Below, one piece after another: positions 1-8,351 of a DNA stretch of 22,505 nt. Each line of letters opens with the position of its first letter. The stretch's first letter is position 1. Both the position numbers and the translations under genes were made by a program. Under the pieces are notes generated by a model. That model saw only the letters and a program-made list of their open reading frames with translations, made no database searches and was not told the DNA's origin. Source of the DNA: a virus (lineage: Duplodnaviria > Heunggongvirae > Uroviricota > Caudoviricetes); the IMG/VR virus record IMGVR_UViG_2681813269_000007. One strand, 5' to 3'.

Positions 1-1
1 T

Positions 2-430
2 TACGGCACTAAATCCACGAATAACACCGGGGCGCATACGCACAGTCTGAGTGGCTCTACGGGGTCTGCCGGTGCTCATACTCATGGTAATGGTATTCGT
101 TGGCCAGGAGGCGGCGGTTCTGCGTTAGCATTTTATGATGGCGGTGGGTTCACTTATGTCAATGATTCACAGTATCAAGTAAGCCCGGGGACTTCTTCCA
201 GTAGATCGTATTATCAACGTATTCAGACACAGTCAGCAGGTGCTCATACCCACTCGCTGTCTGGTACTGCAGCAAGTTCTGGCGCACATGCACATACTGT
301 AGGTATTGGTGCGCATACGCACTCGGTTGCGATTGGCTCACATGGACACACCATCACCGTTAACGCTGCGGGTAACGCGGAAAACACCGTCAAAAACATC
401 GCATTTAACTATATTGTGAGGCTTGCATGA
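2..430 (+). CDS. Side tail fibre protein, C-terminal fragment (5' end lies outside the window)
   Basis: Frame 2 is open from the window edge to TGA at 428-430. Translation carries repeated G-A-H-T-H-S / H-x-H motifs and ends ...[18 protein letters not shown], which I recognise as the C-terminal signature of lambdoid/P2-type side tail fibres. Stop overlaps the next ATG (ATGA). Confidence 0.8.
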   Translation, partial: YGTKSTNNTGAHTHSLSGSTGSAGAHTHGNGIRWPGGGGSALAFYDGGGFTYVNDSQYQVSPGTSSSRSYYQRIQTQSAGAHTHSLSGTAASSGAHAHTVGIGAHTHSVAIGSHGHTITVNAAGNAENTVKNIAFNYIVRLA

Positions 431-1317
431 TTACGCTCATTCTTTCTGCACCAGTAACAGAAATGGCGGAAGCATTTAAGCGGGTATTTGCAAACGCAGA
501 TAATGTGAATATTGTCGGAAAGCCATTTGAAACAATCAGAGAATTTGACTGCATGGTAAGTGCGGCAAATAGTTTCGGCCTGATGGATGGCGGCGTTGAT
601 GCCGCCATTACCGCATTCTTCGGTACTCAGTTACAGTCCCGCGTTCAGAATCATATTCTTCGTGAATATTTAGGCGAACAGCCTGTAGGTTCTGCATTTG
701 TAATTGAAACGGGGCATAATCATCACCCCTGGCTGGTACATGCGCCAACAATGCGTGTTCCGCTGACAATTGACGGAACAGACGCTGTATATAACGCAAC
801 CTGGGCCGCTCTGCTTGCCATCTTTCAGCACAATAAACACGCAACGACAGACAGGAAAATAAAAACTGTGGTATTCCCTGCAATGGGAGCCGGATGTGGT
901 CAGGTGCCGTTTGAAAGTGTTGCCCGGCAGATGAAGCAGGCATGGGATAACTTTAATAAAAAAACAGAATCAATTAACTGGGAATACGCACAATCCCGCC
1001 AGTCGGCAGTATTTGGCACATATGCATACTGTCCGGGTAATTCTGTTTGCCGTTATGCGGATACTAAATATATTGGATGCGGCGATTATCGGACGTATTG
1101 CTCACGTTCCGGGCAGTTCTGTATTAGCCATGTGCATCAGGCTGATGACGTGCTGACTAATAATCGCTCTCGCCCTGATTCGCATACACACCGGTTTAAT
1201 CCAGAAAATCCCGTAGGCAATCTCACCTCTGGCGCACATAGCCACGGAAGTAGCATCGTTATTGGTGCTCCCACCCATACGCTCAATAAACAATATTCTG
1301 TCTCTGATATTAAGTAG
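427..1317 (+). CDS. Macro-domain (ADP-ribose binding/processing) protein with a Cys-rich, His-x-His tail-fibre-like C-terminal region
   Basis: 296-aa ORF with GAGG 5 nt upstream of the ATG. N-terminal ~180 aa carry macro-domain motifs ([17 protein letters not shown] and [14 protein letters not shown], compare YmdB NAANPSLMGGGGVDGAI and VAFPAISTGVYGYP). C-terminal ~100 aa have SHVH, SHTHRF and GAHSHGS motifs like the upstream tail fibre. Confidence 0.6.
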   Translation: MITLILSAPVTEMAEAFKRVFANADNVNIVGKPFETIREFDCMVSAANSFGLMDGGVDAAITAFFGTQLQSRVQNHILREYLGEQPVGSAFVIETGHNHHPWLVHAPTMRVPLTIDGTDAVYNATWAALLAIFQHNKHATTDRKIKTVVFPAMGAGCGQVPFESVARQMKQAWDNFNKKTESINWEYAQSRQSAVFGTYAYCPGNSVCRYADTKYIGCGDYRTYCSRSGQFCISHVHQADDVLTNNRSRPDSHTHRFNPENPVGNLTSGAHSHGSSIVIGAPTHTLNKQYSVSDIK

Positions 1318-1319
1318 AG

Positions 1320-1901
1320 GTGAACATGGATTTTAGAATGACTGAACAACCACGGACCATAAAAATTTATAATCTGCTGGCCGGAACTAATGAATTTATT
1401 GGTGAAGGTGACGCATATATTCCGCCTCATACAGGCCTGCCAGCAAACAGTACCGATATTGCACCGCCAGATATTCCGGCTGGCTTCGTGGCTGTTTTCA
1501 ACAGTGATGAGGCATCGTGGCATCTCGTTGAAGACCATCGGGGAAAAACCGTCTATGACGTGGCTTCCGGCGACGCGTTATTTATTTCTGAACTTGGCCC
1601 ATTACCGGAAAATGTCACCTGGTTATCCCCGGAAGGGGAGTTTCAGAAGTGGAACGGCACAGCCTGGGTGAAGGATACGGAAGCAGAAAAACTGTTCCGG
1701 ATCCGGGAGGCGGAAGAAACAAAAAACAACCTGATGCAGGTAGCCAGTGAGCATATTGCGCCGCTTCAGGATGCTGCAGATCTGGAAATTGCAACGGAGG
1801 AAGAAAACTCGTTGCTGGAAGCCTGGAAGAAGTATCGGGTGTTGCTGAACCGTGTTGATACATCACTATCTCCAGATATCGAGTGGCCAAGTCAACCATA
1901 A
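1320..1901 (+). CDS. tfa: Tail fibre assembly protein (Tfa family)
   Basis: 193-aa ORF with AGAGGTGA RBS. C-terminus ...[22 protein letters not shown] is the conserved Tfa / P2 gpG-type signature. Sits directly downstream of the tail fibre region. Confidence 0.85.
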   Translation: MNMDFRMTEQPRTIKIYNLLAGTNEFIGEGDAYIPPHTGLPANSTDIAPPDIPAGFVAVFNSDEASWHLVEDHRGKTVYDVASGDALFISELGPLPENVTWLSPEGEFQKWNGTAWVKDTEAEKLFRIREAEETKNNLMQVASEHIAPLQDAADLEIATEEENSLLEAWKKYRVLLNRVDTSLSPDIEWPSQP

Positions 1902-1906
1902 ATCAA

Positions 1907-1929
1907 TATCCCCTGCAATGCAGGGGATA
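1907..1929. terminator. Hairpin between convergent tfa and sopB (candidate bidirectional terminator)
   Basis: ATCCCCTG-caatg-CAGGGGAT, an 8-bp perfect stem, lies between the tfa stop (1901) and the sopB stop (1934). The flanking U-tract is weak. Confidence 0.45.
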
Positions 1930-1933
1930 GTTC

Positions 1934-2899
1934 TTAATTATCAGTAGATTGTTCCTCTAGTAACAACTCAATTCTGCTTAGTATTTCTTTAGATATTTTG
2001 CGGCTATCAATTTTTATAGTTACAAAATTACCTTTATATCTAGCCGTGATCCCTTCCCCATATTTTTTCTCGTCTTTTGTTTTTTCCTCGTCGCCAACCA
2101 GAACAGAGTCAGATAATATTTGTATAATCCGTGAAGCTTCTAAATCCTCGCCGTTTTTTTTAATTGCCAGAAGATGATGAGCAGCATTGCTCATGGCAGC
2201 CATGTTTTTTTTGTAAACCTTAAACAAAGAATCTCCAGCACGAGCTGACAGTTCTCCTGGATGATTGAAGATAGCTAATATATCTTTTGGTAGACCAGCT
2301 GTATTAATACAGCGAGTGATAATATTTCTATCTATATTTTCAGCCTCGGCTAATGCTTTAACGTTACCATCAAAGTCATTTAGCTTGCGTAAGTATCTCT
2401 TTCCTCTTTCGTATGCACTAATAGGCCTATAATCGTTACCAATTTGGGATAACCAATGCATCTGTTCATCGTCGAGATCACCAATTAAGACGCGATAGTC
2501 ACATCCTGTTAATATCGCTGCTTTTCTTCTACGTGAGCCGTCAGCGACTTCAACGATTCCAGATACTTTTCTGGCGAAAGCTGGATTTTGTTGTCCAGAC
2601 GTTAGAAAAGATGGGATTAAATCGGCTAGAGAGGATTCATTTAATAAATCTTGATCGCGTTCATTACCTAGCCATACCATTGTTGCCATTTCAACTTTAT
2701 CTGCGGGAATTGTCTCTAACTTAAAGTTAACATTACGTCCGCATACTGGCAAAGTTATGCTGTTACCGGTTAATGAACTCAGTTGACGTTTTAAATCACC
2801 AACCATAGGTGATACGGGCTGATGTTCAGGGGCATGATGATTATTACTCATAATGCGATTAATATCTGGAGCATTTTTTAGAAGAGAGCGCTGTTTCAT
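1934..2899 (-). CDS. sopB: Partition protein SopB (ParB family, centromere-binding)
   Basis: 321-aa ORF colinear with F-plasmid SopB as I recall it (ITLPVCGR, WxGNERDQ, DLIPSF, PAFxRxVSG, IADGSRRRKAA, DYRVLxGxLDDEQM, GNDYRPxSAYERG, CINTAxLPK, HPGELSAR). Start overlaps the sopA stop. Confidence 0.9.
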   Translation of the reverse strand: MKQRSLLKNAPDINRIMSNNHHAPEHQPVSPMVGDLKRQLSSLTGNSITLPVCGRNVNFKLETIPADKVEMATMVWLGNERDQDLLNESSLADLIPSFLTSGQQNPAFARKVSGIVEVADGSRRRKAAILTGCDYRVLIGDLDDEQMHWLSQIGNDYRPISAYERGKRYLRKLNDFDGNVKALAEAENIDRNIITRCINTAGLPKDILAIFNHPGELSARAGDSLFKVYKKNMAAMSNAAHHLLAIKKNGEDLEASRIIQILSDSVLVGDEEKTKDEKKYGEGITARYKGNFVTIKIDSRKISKEILSRIELLLEEQSTDN

Positions 2900-4065
2900 T
2901 ATTCGTTCTCCCAGCGAGGTTTTATTAGATCATCAAAAATTTCTCGGCAAACAGGGTCCCATATAGAAACAGCATTTCTCCATGCATTCAATGTTGAACG
3001 TTGGTTTGCTGCTTGTTCAAATACTGTTCTCATTTTTATCTGGCCTTTACCTACTTCATCGGTAACGCGTACAACCTGACGTAATACCATTGATCCCCAT
3101 GTATTTCTTATTTGTTCTTCCATCCATCGTGATTGATTCCCTGTAGTGAGACTATATTTAGTCAGAAGTAAGCGAACGGTTGGCTCAAATCCACCTAGGT
3201 CAACGCTTTCCAATAGATCGAGAAGCATTGTGAAAAACTGTAGAACAGAAGCGTAATCAAATAATTCTGCAGGTGTAGCAACAACAATAACGTCAGCGGC
3301 ACAAACAACGTTAATGGTTCCTGTACCGAGGTTCGGAGCACTATCTATAACGATAACATCGTAGTTATCCCAAACTGATTCAATAGCTGCGCGCAGCATA
3401 AGGTGTGGAGGATGAGGCAATTTACCCTGAGCATGATATTGCATGAGATCTGTTTCTATACGATGTAAAGCTAGGCAGCTAGGGATAATGTCTAGCCCAG
3501 GCCAACATGTTGGCTTTATAGCATATTCAGCGTTATCGCGTTCTCCTAAGTAAAATGGCAGTAAAGTATCCTCGGCATGGATATGTAAATCAGGAACATA
3601 ACCGTGATACATAGAGGCCGTGCCTTGAGGATCGTTACCTTCAACCAAAAGAACACGATGACCTTGTAATGCTAACCATTGAGCTTGATGTACCGCAGAC
3701 GATGTTTTATAAACGCCGCCTTTGTGTGACATAACGGCAAGCGCAACAGGGTTTTTATCTTGTGGTCGTTGGTTTGGGTTGCCAAAAACTGCTCGCATAC
3801 TGTTGATTTGATCTATGGTATAACCAGCACGACGTTCAATTCTTCCTCTCATTTCAAAGTCAGGTGCAGGTAAACGCCCGCTCTTCTCAGCATCTCTAAT
3901 TGCTTGAGGAGTTACACCAATTAAATCTGCTACTTCAGTTATACCCCATCGGCGGGTGATACGCCGAGCTTCAGGACTATCATCACCGAATTGAGCGATA
4001 GCAATTGCTTTGGTCATTTCTTGACCTCTCGTAACACAATCTTGCAATAACTTTTTCAAAGACAT
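2899..4065 (-). CDS. sopA: Partition ATPase SopA (ParA family, type Ia with N-terminal HTH extension)
   Basis: 388-aa ORF with GGAGATGA RBS. Deviant Walker A KGGVYKTS, a long N-terminal extension, and the same length as F SopA. Transcribed divergently from telN. Confidence 0.9.
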   Translation of the reverse strand: MSLKKLLQDCVTRGQEMTKAIAIAQFGDDSPEARRITRRWGITEVADLIGVTPQAIRDAEKSGRLPAPDFEMRGRIERRAGYTIDQINSMRAVFGNPNQRPQDKNPVALAVMSHKGGVYKTSSAVHQAQWLALQGHRVLLVEGNDPQGTASMYHGYVPDLHIHAEDTLLPFYLGERDNAEYAIKPTCWPGLDIIPSCLALHRIETDLMQYHAQGKLPHPPHLMLRAAIESVWDNYDVIVIDSAPNLGTGTINVVCAADVIVVATPAELFDYASVLQFFTMLLDLLESVDLGGFEPTVRLLLTKYSLTTGNQSRWMEEQIRNTWGSMVLRQVVRVTDEVGKGQIKMRTVFEQAANQRSTLNAWRNAVSIWDPVCREIFDDLIKPRWENE

Positions 4066-4086
4066 ACTGTCATCTCCAGCTTGTAA

Positions 4087-4164
4087 CTTTGCTTAATAAT
4101 TAAATCTTTGCTTATTTCTAGCAAATTTGCATAAAAAAGGCAAAGCAAAACGAAAAACGCAAAG
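4087..4164. promoter_or_regulatory. sopAB promoter/operator region with clustered CTTTGC / GCAAAG hexamers
   Basis: At least six CTTTGC or GCAAAG copies (4087, 4106, 4121-4130, 4140, 4159) lie just upstream of the sopA start. CTTTGC repeats are the SopA autoregulatory sites in the F sop promoter. Confidence 0.45.
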
Positions 4165-4352
4165 GCGAATATTTGAGCTAAATCATCTTTTTTTCCCCTC
4201 CCGAAATGCATAAAACGAACAACAATATAATCATAACTAATTGATATTTATGACCTTTCTTAAGAAAGGAAATCATATAAAACTAGAGAAACATGATAAG
4301 AATCATCAATGAGATACGTTTTCTCTATTAGTTCTCCCAACCTTACCAACAT

Positions 4353-4500
4353 AAGAACACAAATAAAGAACATAAAAAACAAGTAATAACACAAACACAA
4401 TAAAGAACATAAATAAAGAATTAAAACAAATATTAAATAAAACAGTACGCAAACTGAGAACATTACATCAAATGAAAACACTAATCAAGAACATAACGAA
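4353..4500. repeat. AT-rich array of AAGAACA(T/C)AA direct repeats next to telO
   Basis: AAGAACA occurs at 4353, 4366, 4403, 4487 and as GAGAACA at 4456. The 13-mer ATAAAGAACATAA is exact at 4363-4375 and 4400-4412. All copies are on the sopA side of the palindrome. Confidence 0.5.
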
Positions 4501-4542
4501 ACATAATCACCCATTATACGCGCGTATAATGGGGAATTATGT
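4501..4542. other. telRL / telO telomere-resolution site (protelomerase target palindrome)
   Basis: ACATAATCACCCATTATACGCGCGTATAATGGGGAATTATGT has dyad symmetry centred between 4521 and 4522. The central 24 bp (4510-4533) are a perfect palindrome containing TACGCGCGTA; two mismatched pairs separate it from 7-bp matched outer arms. It lies between sopA and telN, as in N15. Confidence 0.85.
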
Positions 4543-4712
4543 GCTGATTTTCAGAACAAAGTCAAGGAACAAATTTTAACGTTCCGACATTGTGTTTTTA
4601 TTTATTATCTGTTATTGCGTTCTGTTAGTTTGTGCCTAAGTTAACGCGTTATTAGTTATCTTATTCTCAAATTGTGTTACGATAATCCGAGCGGATAATC
4701 AGGAGAGGAAAG

Positions 4713-6626
4713 ATGAGCAAAGTAAAAATCGGTGAATTAATAAACTCACTTGTTAGCGATGTTGAGTCAATAGATAACTCTGACCGTCCTCAAGGGGAGA
4801 AAACAAAAAAAATAAAGGCTGTTGCATTAAAATTTAAAAATGCATTATTTAATGACAAGCGAAAGTTTAGGGGGAAAGGATTAGAAAAAAGAATTACAGC
4901 CAACACATTCAATGCCTATATGAGCAGGGCCAGAAAACGGTTTGATGATAAACTTCATCATAGCTTTGAAAAAAATATACATCGCCTATCTGAAAAGTAT
5001 CCTTTATATAATGAGGAGCTATTGTCATGGCTTTCTCTACCTGCTGCCGATATTCGCCAGAGAATGTCAGCTTTACAGGCAAAATTAAAATTAATTCTCC
5101 CTCTATCAGAAGATTTATCTAATATCAGAATTGGCGATAACAAAAGTCATAATAAGTTATTGAAATTATCAAATAAATATAAAGAGTGGCAATTCGCCAT
5201 TTCTGATTTAACTAGCGATAACTGGAAAGATAAGCGCGATTATTTATATAAATTACTACAGCAAGGATCTGCCTTACTTGAGGAGTTGAATCAGCTAAAA
5301 GTTAACCATGAGATTCTCTATCATCTTCAACTAAGCCCTGCCGAACGTGCATCTATCCAGCAACGATGGGCGGACGTTCTGCACAATAAGAAACGTAACG
5401 TGGTGGTCATTGATTACCCTAAATATATGCAAGCTATTTACGATATTATAAATAGCCCTGCTACATTAAATAATCTAAACACTCGTTCAGGTATGGCTCC
5501 TTTGGCATTTGCACTTGCTGCATTGTCAGGAAGACGAATGATTGAGATTATGTATCAAGGTACATTTACTGTTTCTGGTAAGTATACCGTTGATTTTTTA
5601 GGCCAAGCTAAAAAAAGAACTTCTGATGATATAACCAGAAAAATATATACATTATGCGAAGCAAAAACATTTGTTTATTTAATAAATGTACTTCGCTCAT
5701 GCCCAGCAGCATCTGATTTTGATGATGTCGTTAAAGGTTATGGAGATAACGATACACGCTCTGAAAACGGACGTATTAATGCCATATTAGCAAAGGCTTT
5801 TAACCCGTGGGTTAAATCATTTTTCAAAGATGACCGCCGTGTTTATAAAGATAGTCGTGCTATTTATGCCCGTATTGCGTATGAAATGTTTTTCCGCGTA
5901 GATCCTCGTTGGAAAAACGTAGATGAAGATGTTTTCTTTATGGAAATTTTAGGCCATGACGATGAAAACACTCAATTACACTATAAGCAATTCAAGCTGG
6001 CCAACTTCTCAAAGACATGGAGGCCAAATACTGGAAACGAAAATACCAGGCTGGAAGCATTGCAGCAGCTTGATGACGAAATGCCTGGATTCGCCAGAGG
6101 AGATGCCGGGGTTCGTCTGCATAACACAGTTAAGCAGCTGGTAGAGCAGGACCCCTCTATAAAAATCACGAACAGCACTCTAAGAGCGTTCAAATTTAGC
6201 CCAACAATGATTAGTCGATACCTGGAATTTGCTGCTGATGCTCTGGGGCAATTTGTTGGCGAAAACGGACAATGGCAACTGAAAATAGATACTCCAGAAA
6301 TCGTTATGCCTGACGAAGAAGAACTGGAAGCAATACCTGAACTGGCGGATGAATTATCAGAGGATGACGATCTGGATGACGACGAAATTGAGATAGAGGA
6401 AGAGGAAGAGGAAGAGGAAGAGGAAGAGGAAGAGAGCGTAGAAGAACAGCAACCGCCTGCACCTTCTTCGCCTGTATCTAAGCCGGTATTTAAGCCGGTG
6501 AGAAATATTGGTGATGGCTCATACGTTGTTGAGTTTCATTATAATGGCCAGAATTATGCGTGGTCCGGCAGTGCAAACAGCCCCATGTCAGCAATGCAGT
6601 TAGCATGGCTGACATATTTCGGTTAA
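4713..6626 (+). CDS. telN: Protelomerase TelN (telomere resolvase, tyrosine-recombinase-like)
   Basis: 637-aa ORF with AGGAGAGG RBS. The N-terminus MSKVKIGELIN... and overall colinearity match N15 TelN (about 630 aa) as I recall it. An acidic C-terminal tract precedes the conserved tail. Confidence 0.92.
   Translation: MSKVKIGELINSLVSDVESIDNSDRPQGEKTKKIKAVALKFKNALFNDKRKFRGKGLEKRITANTFNAYMSRARKRFDDKLHHSFEKNIHRLSEKYPLYNEELLSWLSLPAADIRQRMSALQAKLKLILPLSEDLSNIRIGDNKSHNKLLKLSNKYKEWQFAISDLTSDNWKDKRDYLYKLLQQGSALLEELNQLKVNHEILYHLQLSPAERASIQQRWADVLHNKKRNVVVIDYPKYMQAIYDIINSPATLNNLNTRSGMAPLAFALAALSGRRMIEIMYQGTFTVSGKYTVDFLGQAKKRTSDDITRKIYTLCEAKTFVYLINVLRSCPAASDFDDVVKGYGDNDTRSENGRINAILAKAFNPWVKSFFKDDRRVYKDSRAIYARIAYEMFFRVDPRWKNVDEDVFFMEILGHDDENTQLHYKQFKLANFSKTWRPNTGNENTRLEALQQLDDEMPGFARGDAGVRLHNTVKQLVEQDPSIKITNSTLRAFKFSPTMISRYLEFAADALGQFVGENGQWQLKIDTPEIVMPDEEELEAIPELADELSEDDDLDDDEIEIEEEEEEEEEEEEESVEEQQPPAPSSPVSKPVFKPVRNIGDGSYVVEFHYNGQNYAWSGSANSPMSAMQLAWLTYFG
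6396..6431 (+). repeat. Perfect (GAGGAA)x6 in-frame hexanucleotide tandem repeat inside telN
   Basis: Six exact tandem GAGGAA units encode the poly-Glu run in the TelN C-terminal acidic linker. Confidence 0.9.
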
Positions 6627-6636
6627 AGCATACAGT

Positions 6637-6665
6637 AAAGGCACCGAATTAACGGTGCCTTGTTG
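6637..6665. terminator. Hairpin between convergent telN and the antirepressor gene (candidate bidirectional terminator)
   Basis: AAGGCACCG-aattaa-CGGTGCCTT, a 9-bp perfect stem, sits 11 nt after the telN stop and is followed by GTTGTGTG. Confidence 0.5.
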
Positions 6666-6797
6666 TGTGACCTACCTCGCCTGCCCCCTGCAAAGGGCAG
6701 AAGTAACGGAGGAAACGCGGCTGCAACCACAGACATCACCGCCCCGACTGCGAGGCTTCCCTTCTCTAAGAAGGGCATAAATTCGGGCTGGTCAACC

Positions 6798-7580
6798 CTA
6801 TTTATTGGTGATTTCTGCTGGCTTTAGCTGCGCGGATAACTGCTCAAGTTTTTGAACTGCCAGTTCAAAATGCGCGGGTAACGCCTTTTCCAGATCAGAG
6901 TTAATATCGGTGATGGGTAAATCACCACACGACATACTCCGCCTACCCCCACGAACAACATCACGCAACAACTCTCGTTCATACGTGCGCATGTTCCCCA
7001 ATGCCGACTCAGCAGCCGTCAAAATCCGGCGCAGTTCTGCCGTAATTGCTGGCAAATCATCAACCGTTATGGGGTTCGGGGATGGATTACGACACGCCCG
7101 ACGCAAAGCTAACCATACACCGCTAATCCAGGCATTTCGGTACTGAAAACTTTGTGCTATATCGTTAATCAGCCCTCGCAGATACTCTTTCTGCCTCCAG
7201 TTCAACGGCTCCGCTGCTCGCATTGGCTCAGGCTCGATGTAAACGTACTCTCCATTTTTGCGAATAGAGGGCAAGACTTCGTTCGTTACCCATTTGCGAA
7301 ACCGCCAAGCTGTTGTGCCTTGCTTCACCGCGTCACGGCAGCGGAGGATCAGGGTGTATAGACCTGACTCTGAAATAATATTTAGCTTTTGCTCTCCGCC
7401 AGGGGTGTAACTTAAAGTTACACCCTTTTCATCCTCATCCAGAGACATTAGCGCCTTCCGGGAATTAACGAGTCTTAAAGCATCACATACATCCTTAGCC
7501 ACAAACCACGGCTCACCGTTAATCATCACTACACGAACCTGATGCTCTTCCTGAAAGGAAAAGACTGCTAACGCGCTCAT
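6798..7580 (-). CDS. Phage antirepressor with Bro-N-like N-terminal domain
   Basis: 260-aa ORF. The N-terminus (FQEEHQVRVVMINGEPWFVAKDVCDALRL...) fits the Bro-N / KilA-N antirepressor fold. Start overlaps the stop of the upstream small ORF. Position matches the N15 anti-immunity locus. Confidence 0.7.
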   Translation of the reverse strand: MSALAVFSFQEEHQVRVVMINGEPWFVAKDVCDALRLVNSRKALMSLDEDEKGVTLSYTPGGEQKLNIISESGLYTLILRCRDAVKQGTTAWRFRKWVTNEVLPSIRKNGEYVYIEPEPMRAAEPLNWRQKEYLRGLINDIAQSFQYRNAWISGVWLALRRACRNPSPNPITVDDLPAITAELRRILTAAESALGNMRTYERELLRDVVRGGRRSMSCGDLPITDINSDLEKALPAHFELAVQKLEQLSAQLKPAEITNK

Positions 7581-7810
7581 TCAGCCTCCTTATCGCGCAG
7601 CAAGTGCGACGAGAGAGACGCAGAATATCCCTGTGCTTCATGCGTTAACTCACACGCAATCTGCAGAAGTTTTCCAGCCTCTGAGAGGTAAATCGACGCC
7701 TCACAACTGGAGACTGTCCGATGGGCTGATGATACGAGCGCATAGACCTGAGCCAGACGTTCATCCAACGATTCCAGCAGGCCAACAGTGTTCATTTTTA
7801 CCTGATTCAT
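7577..7810 (-). CDS. Small protein, first gene of the antirepressor operon (icd-like position)
   Basis: 77-aa ORF with GAGGTGG RBS 4-5 nt upstream, translationally coupled to the downstream antirepressor. The Icd-like assignment is by position only (P1-style c4-icd-ant order). Confidence 0.5.
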   Translation of the reverse strand: MNQVKMNTVGLLESLDERLAQVYALVSSAHRTVSSCEASIYLSEAGKLLQIACELTHEAQGYSASLSSHLLRDKEAE

Positions 7811-8137
7811 GCAGCCACCTCGCGCACCGGAATACGGGCAGACAATACCAGGACAAACCGGCTGGCGAACTGGCGACGAGCTTCCCGTTCAGATGACGCG
7901 ATAGTGGAAAGATGATGAATGTGGGACTTTTTGTCTGTGCGAACGACTGCCGCAAATTTGAATTTGAACATGGTATGCACTCCGTTTTATTGGTCGTGCT
8001 ACCTCCAGAGTTGCGAATCTCTTTATTGGTGGTAGCCCAGGCGGGGTTCGCAATACCGGTAAACGAAGAAACCGGCCCGACCGAAGTCAGCCCCACCTGA
8101 GCCACCATAATTCGGATATGCGCAGGTCTATACACAT

Positions 8138-8213
8138 AAAAAAACACGCTGGCGCGTGTTGTGCGCTTCGTTTTGCCAGGATTGCGAAGTCCCGACTGCG
8201 GGATTTACCGCAG
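8138..8213 (-). ncRNA. Candidate small regulatory RNA (c4/cA-like) upstream of the antirepressor operon
   Basis: On the minus strand: -35 TTGACG (8250-8245), -10 TAAAGT (8226-8221), then about 75 nt ending in an intrinsic terminator (ACACGC-GCCA-GCGTGT plus U7, 8159-8138). The predicted RNA has a 5' hairpin CUGCGG-UAAAUC-CCGCAG. No convincing ORF in the region. Confidence 0.3.
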
Positions 8214-8263
8214 CGAGGTGACTTTACCTCCAAAACGACGCACACGTCAATAATTTGCAAAGA

Positions 8264-8300
8264 CATTTTACCCCGTGACCAGTCACGGGGACAGGTGTTT
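8264..8300. terminator. Hairpin separating the lipoprotein cargo block from the anti-immunity promoter region
   Basis: CCCCGTGAC-ca-GTCACGGGG lies just after the lipoprotein stop (8352, minus strand) and is followed on the plus strand by ACAGGTGTTTTTAT. Confidence 0.4.
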
Positions 8301-8351
8301 TTATAGTTTGCTTGAACAAACGATCAGAACATGAACAATGTTATTGTTCCG

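Noticed and set aside
159-1538. Minus-strand ORFs over the tail fibre and macro-domain genes (159-341, 405-608, 608-943, 1102-1293, 1137-1538)
   Set aside because: Antisense to coding regions with recognisable protein signatures. No start context. Treated as shadow ORFs.
4260-4481. 73-aa minus-strand ORF in the AT-rich repeat array next to telRL
   Set aside because: The translation is low-complexity and driven by the AAGAACATAA repeats. No RBS. The region is better explained as a protein-binding repeat array.
4353-4500. Possibility that the AAGAACATAA repeats are a CRISPR array
   Set aside because: Repeats are about 10 bp, irregularly spaced, AT-rich, and lack uniform spacers or nearby cas genes.
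4686-4706. lacO-like string (GAGCGGATAATC) just upstream of telN
   Set aside because: Only about 10 bp of one operator half-site match, with no dyad partner. It overlaps the telN RBS region and is most likely chance.
8020-8110. tRNA-like appearance of the multi-branch dyad (GGTTCGCAATACC resembles a T-arm)
   Set aside because: I could not fold it into a canonical cloverleaf with acceptor stem, anticodon arm and correct spacing on either strand. Reported as a structured leader element instead.
7761-8306. ORFs 7761-8147 (minus), 7912-8100 (plus) and 8118-8306 (plus) in the region upstream of the antirepressor operon
   Set aside because: They overlap promoter, terminator and hairpin elements, have no RBS, and are mutually exclusive. 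The region is interpreted as regulatory or ncRNA. The upstream part of 7761-8147 cannot be entirely excluded as an extended leader peptide.
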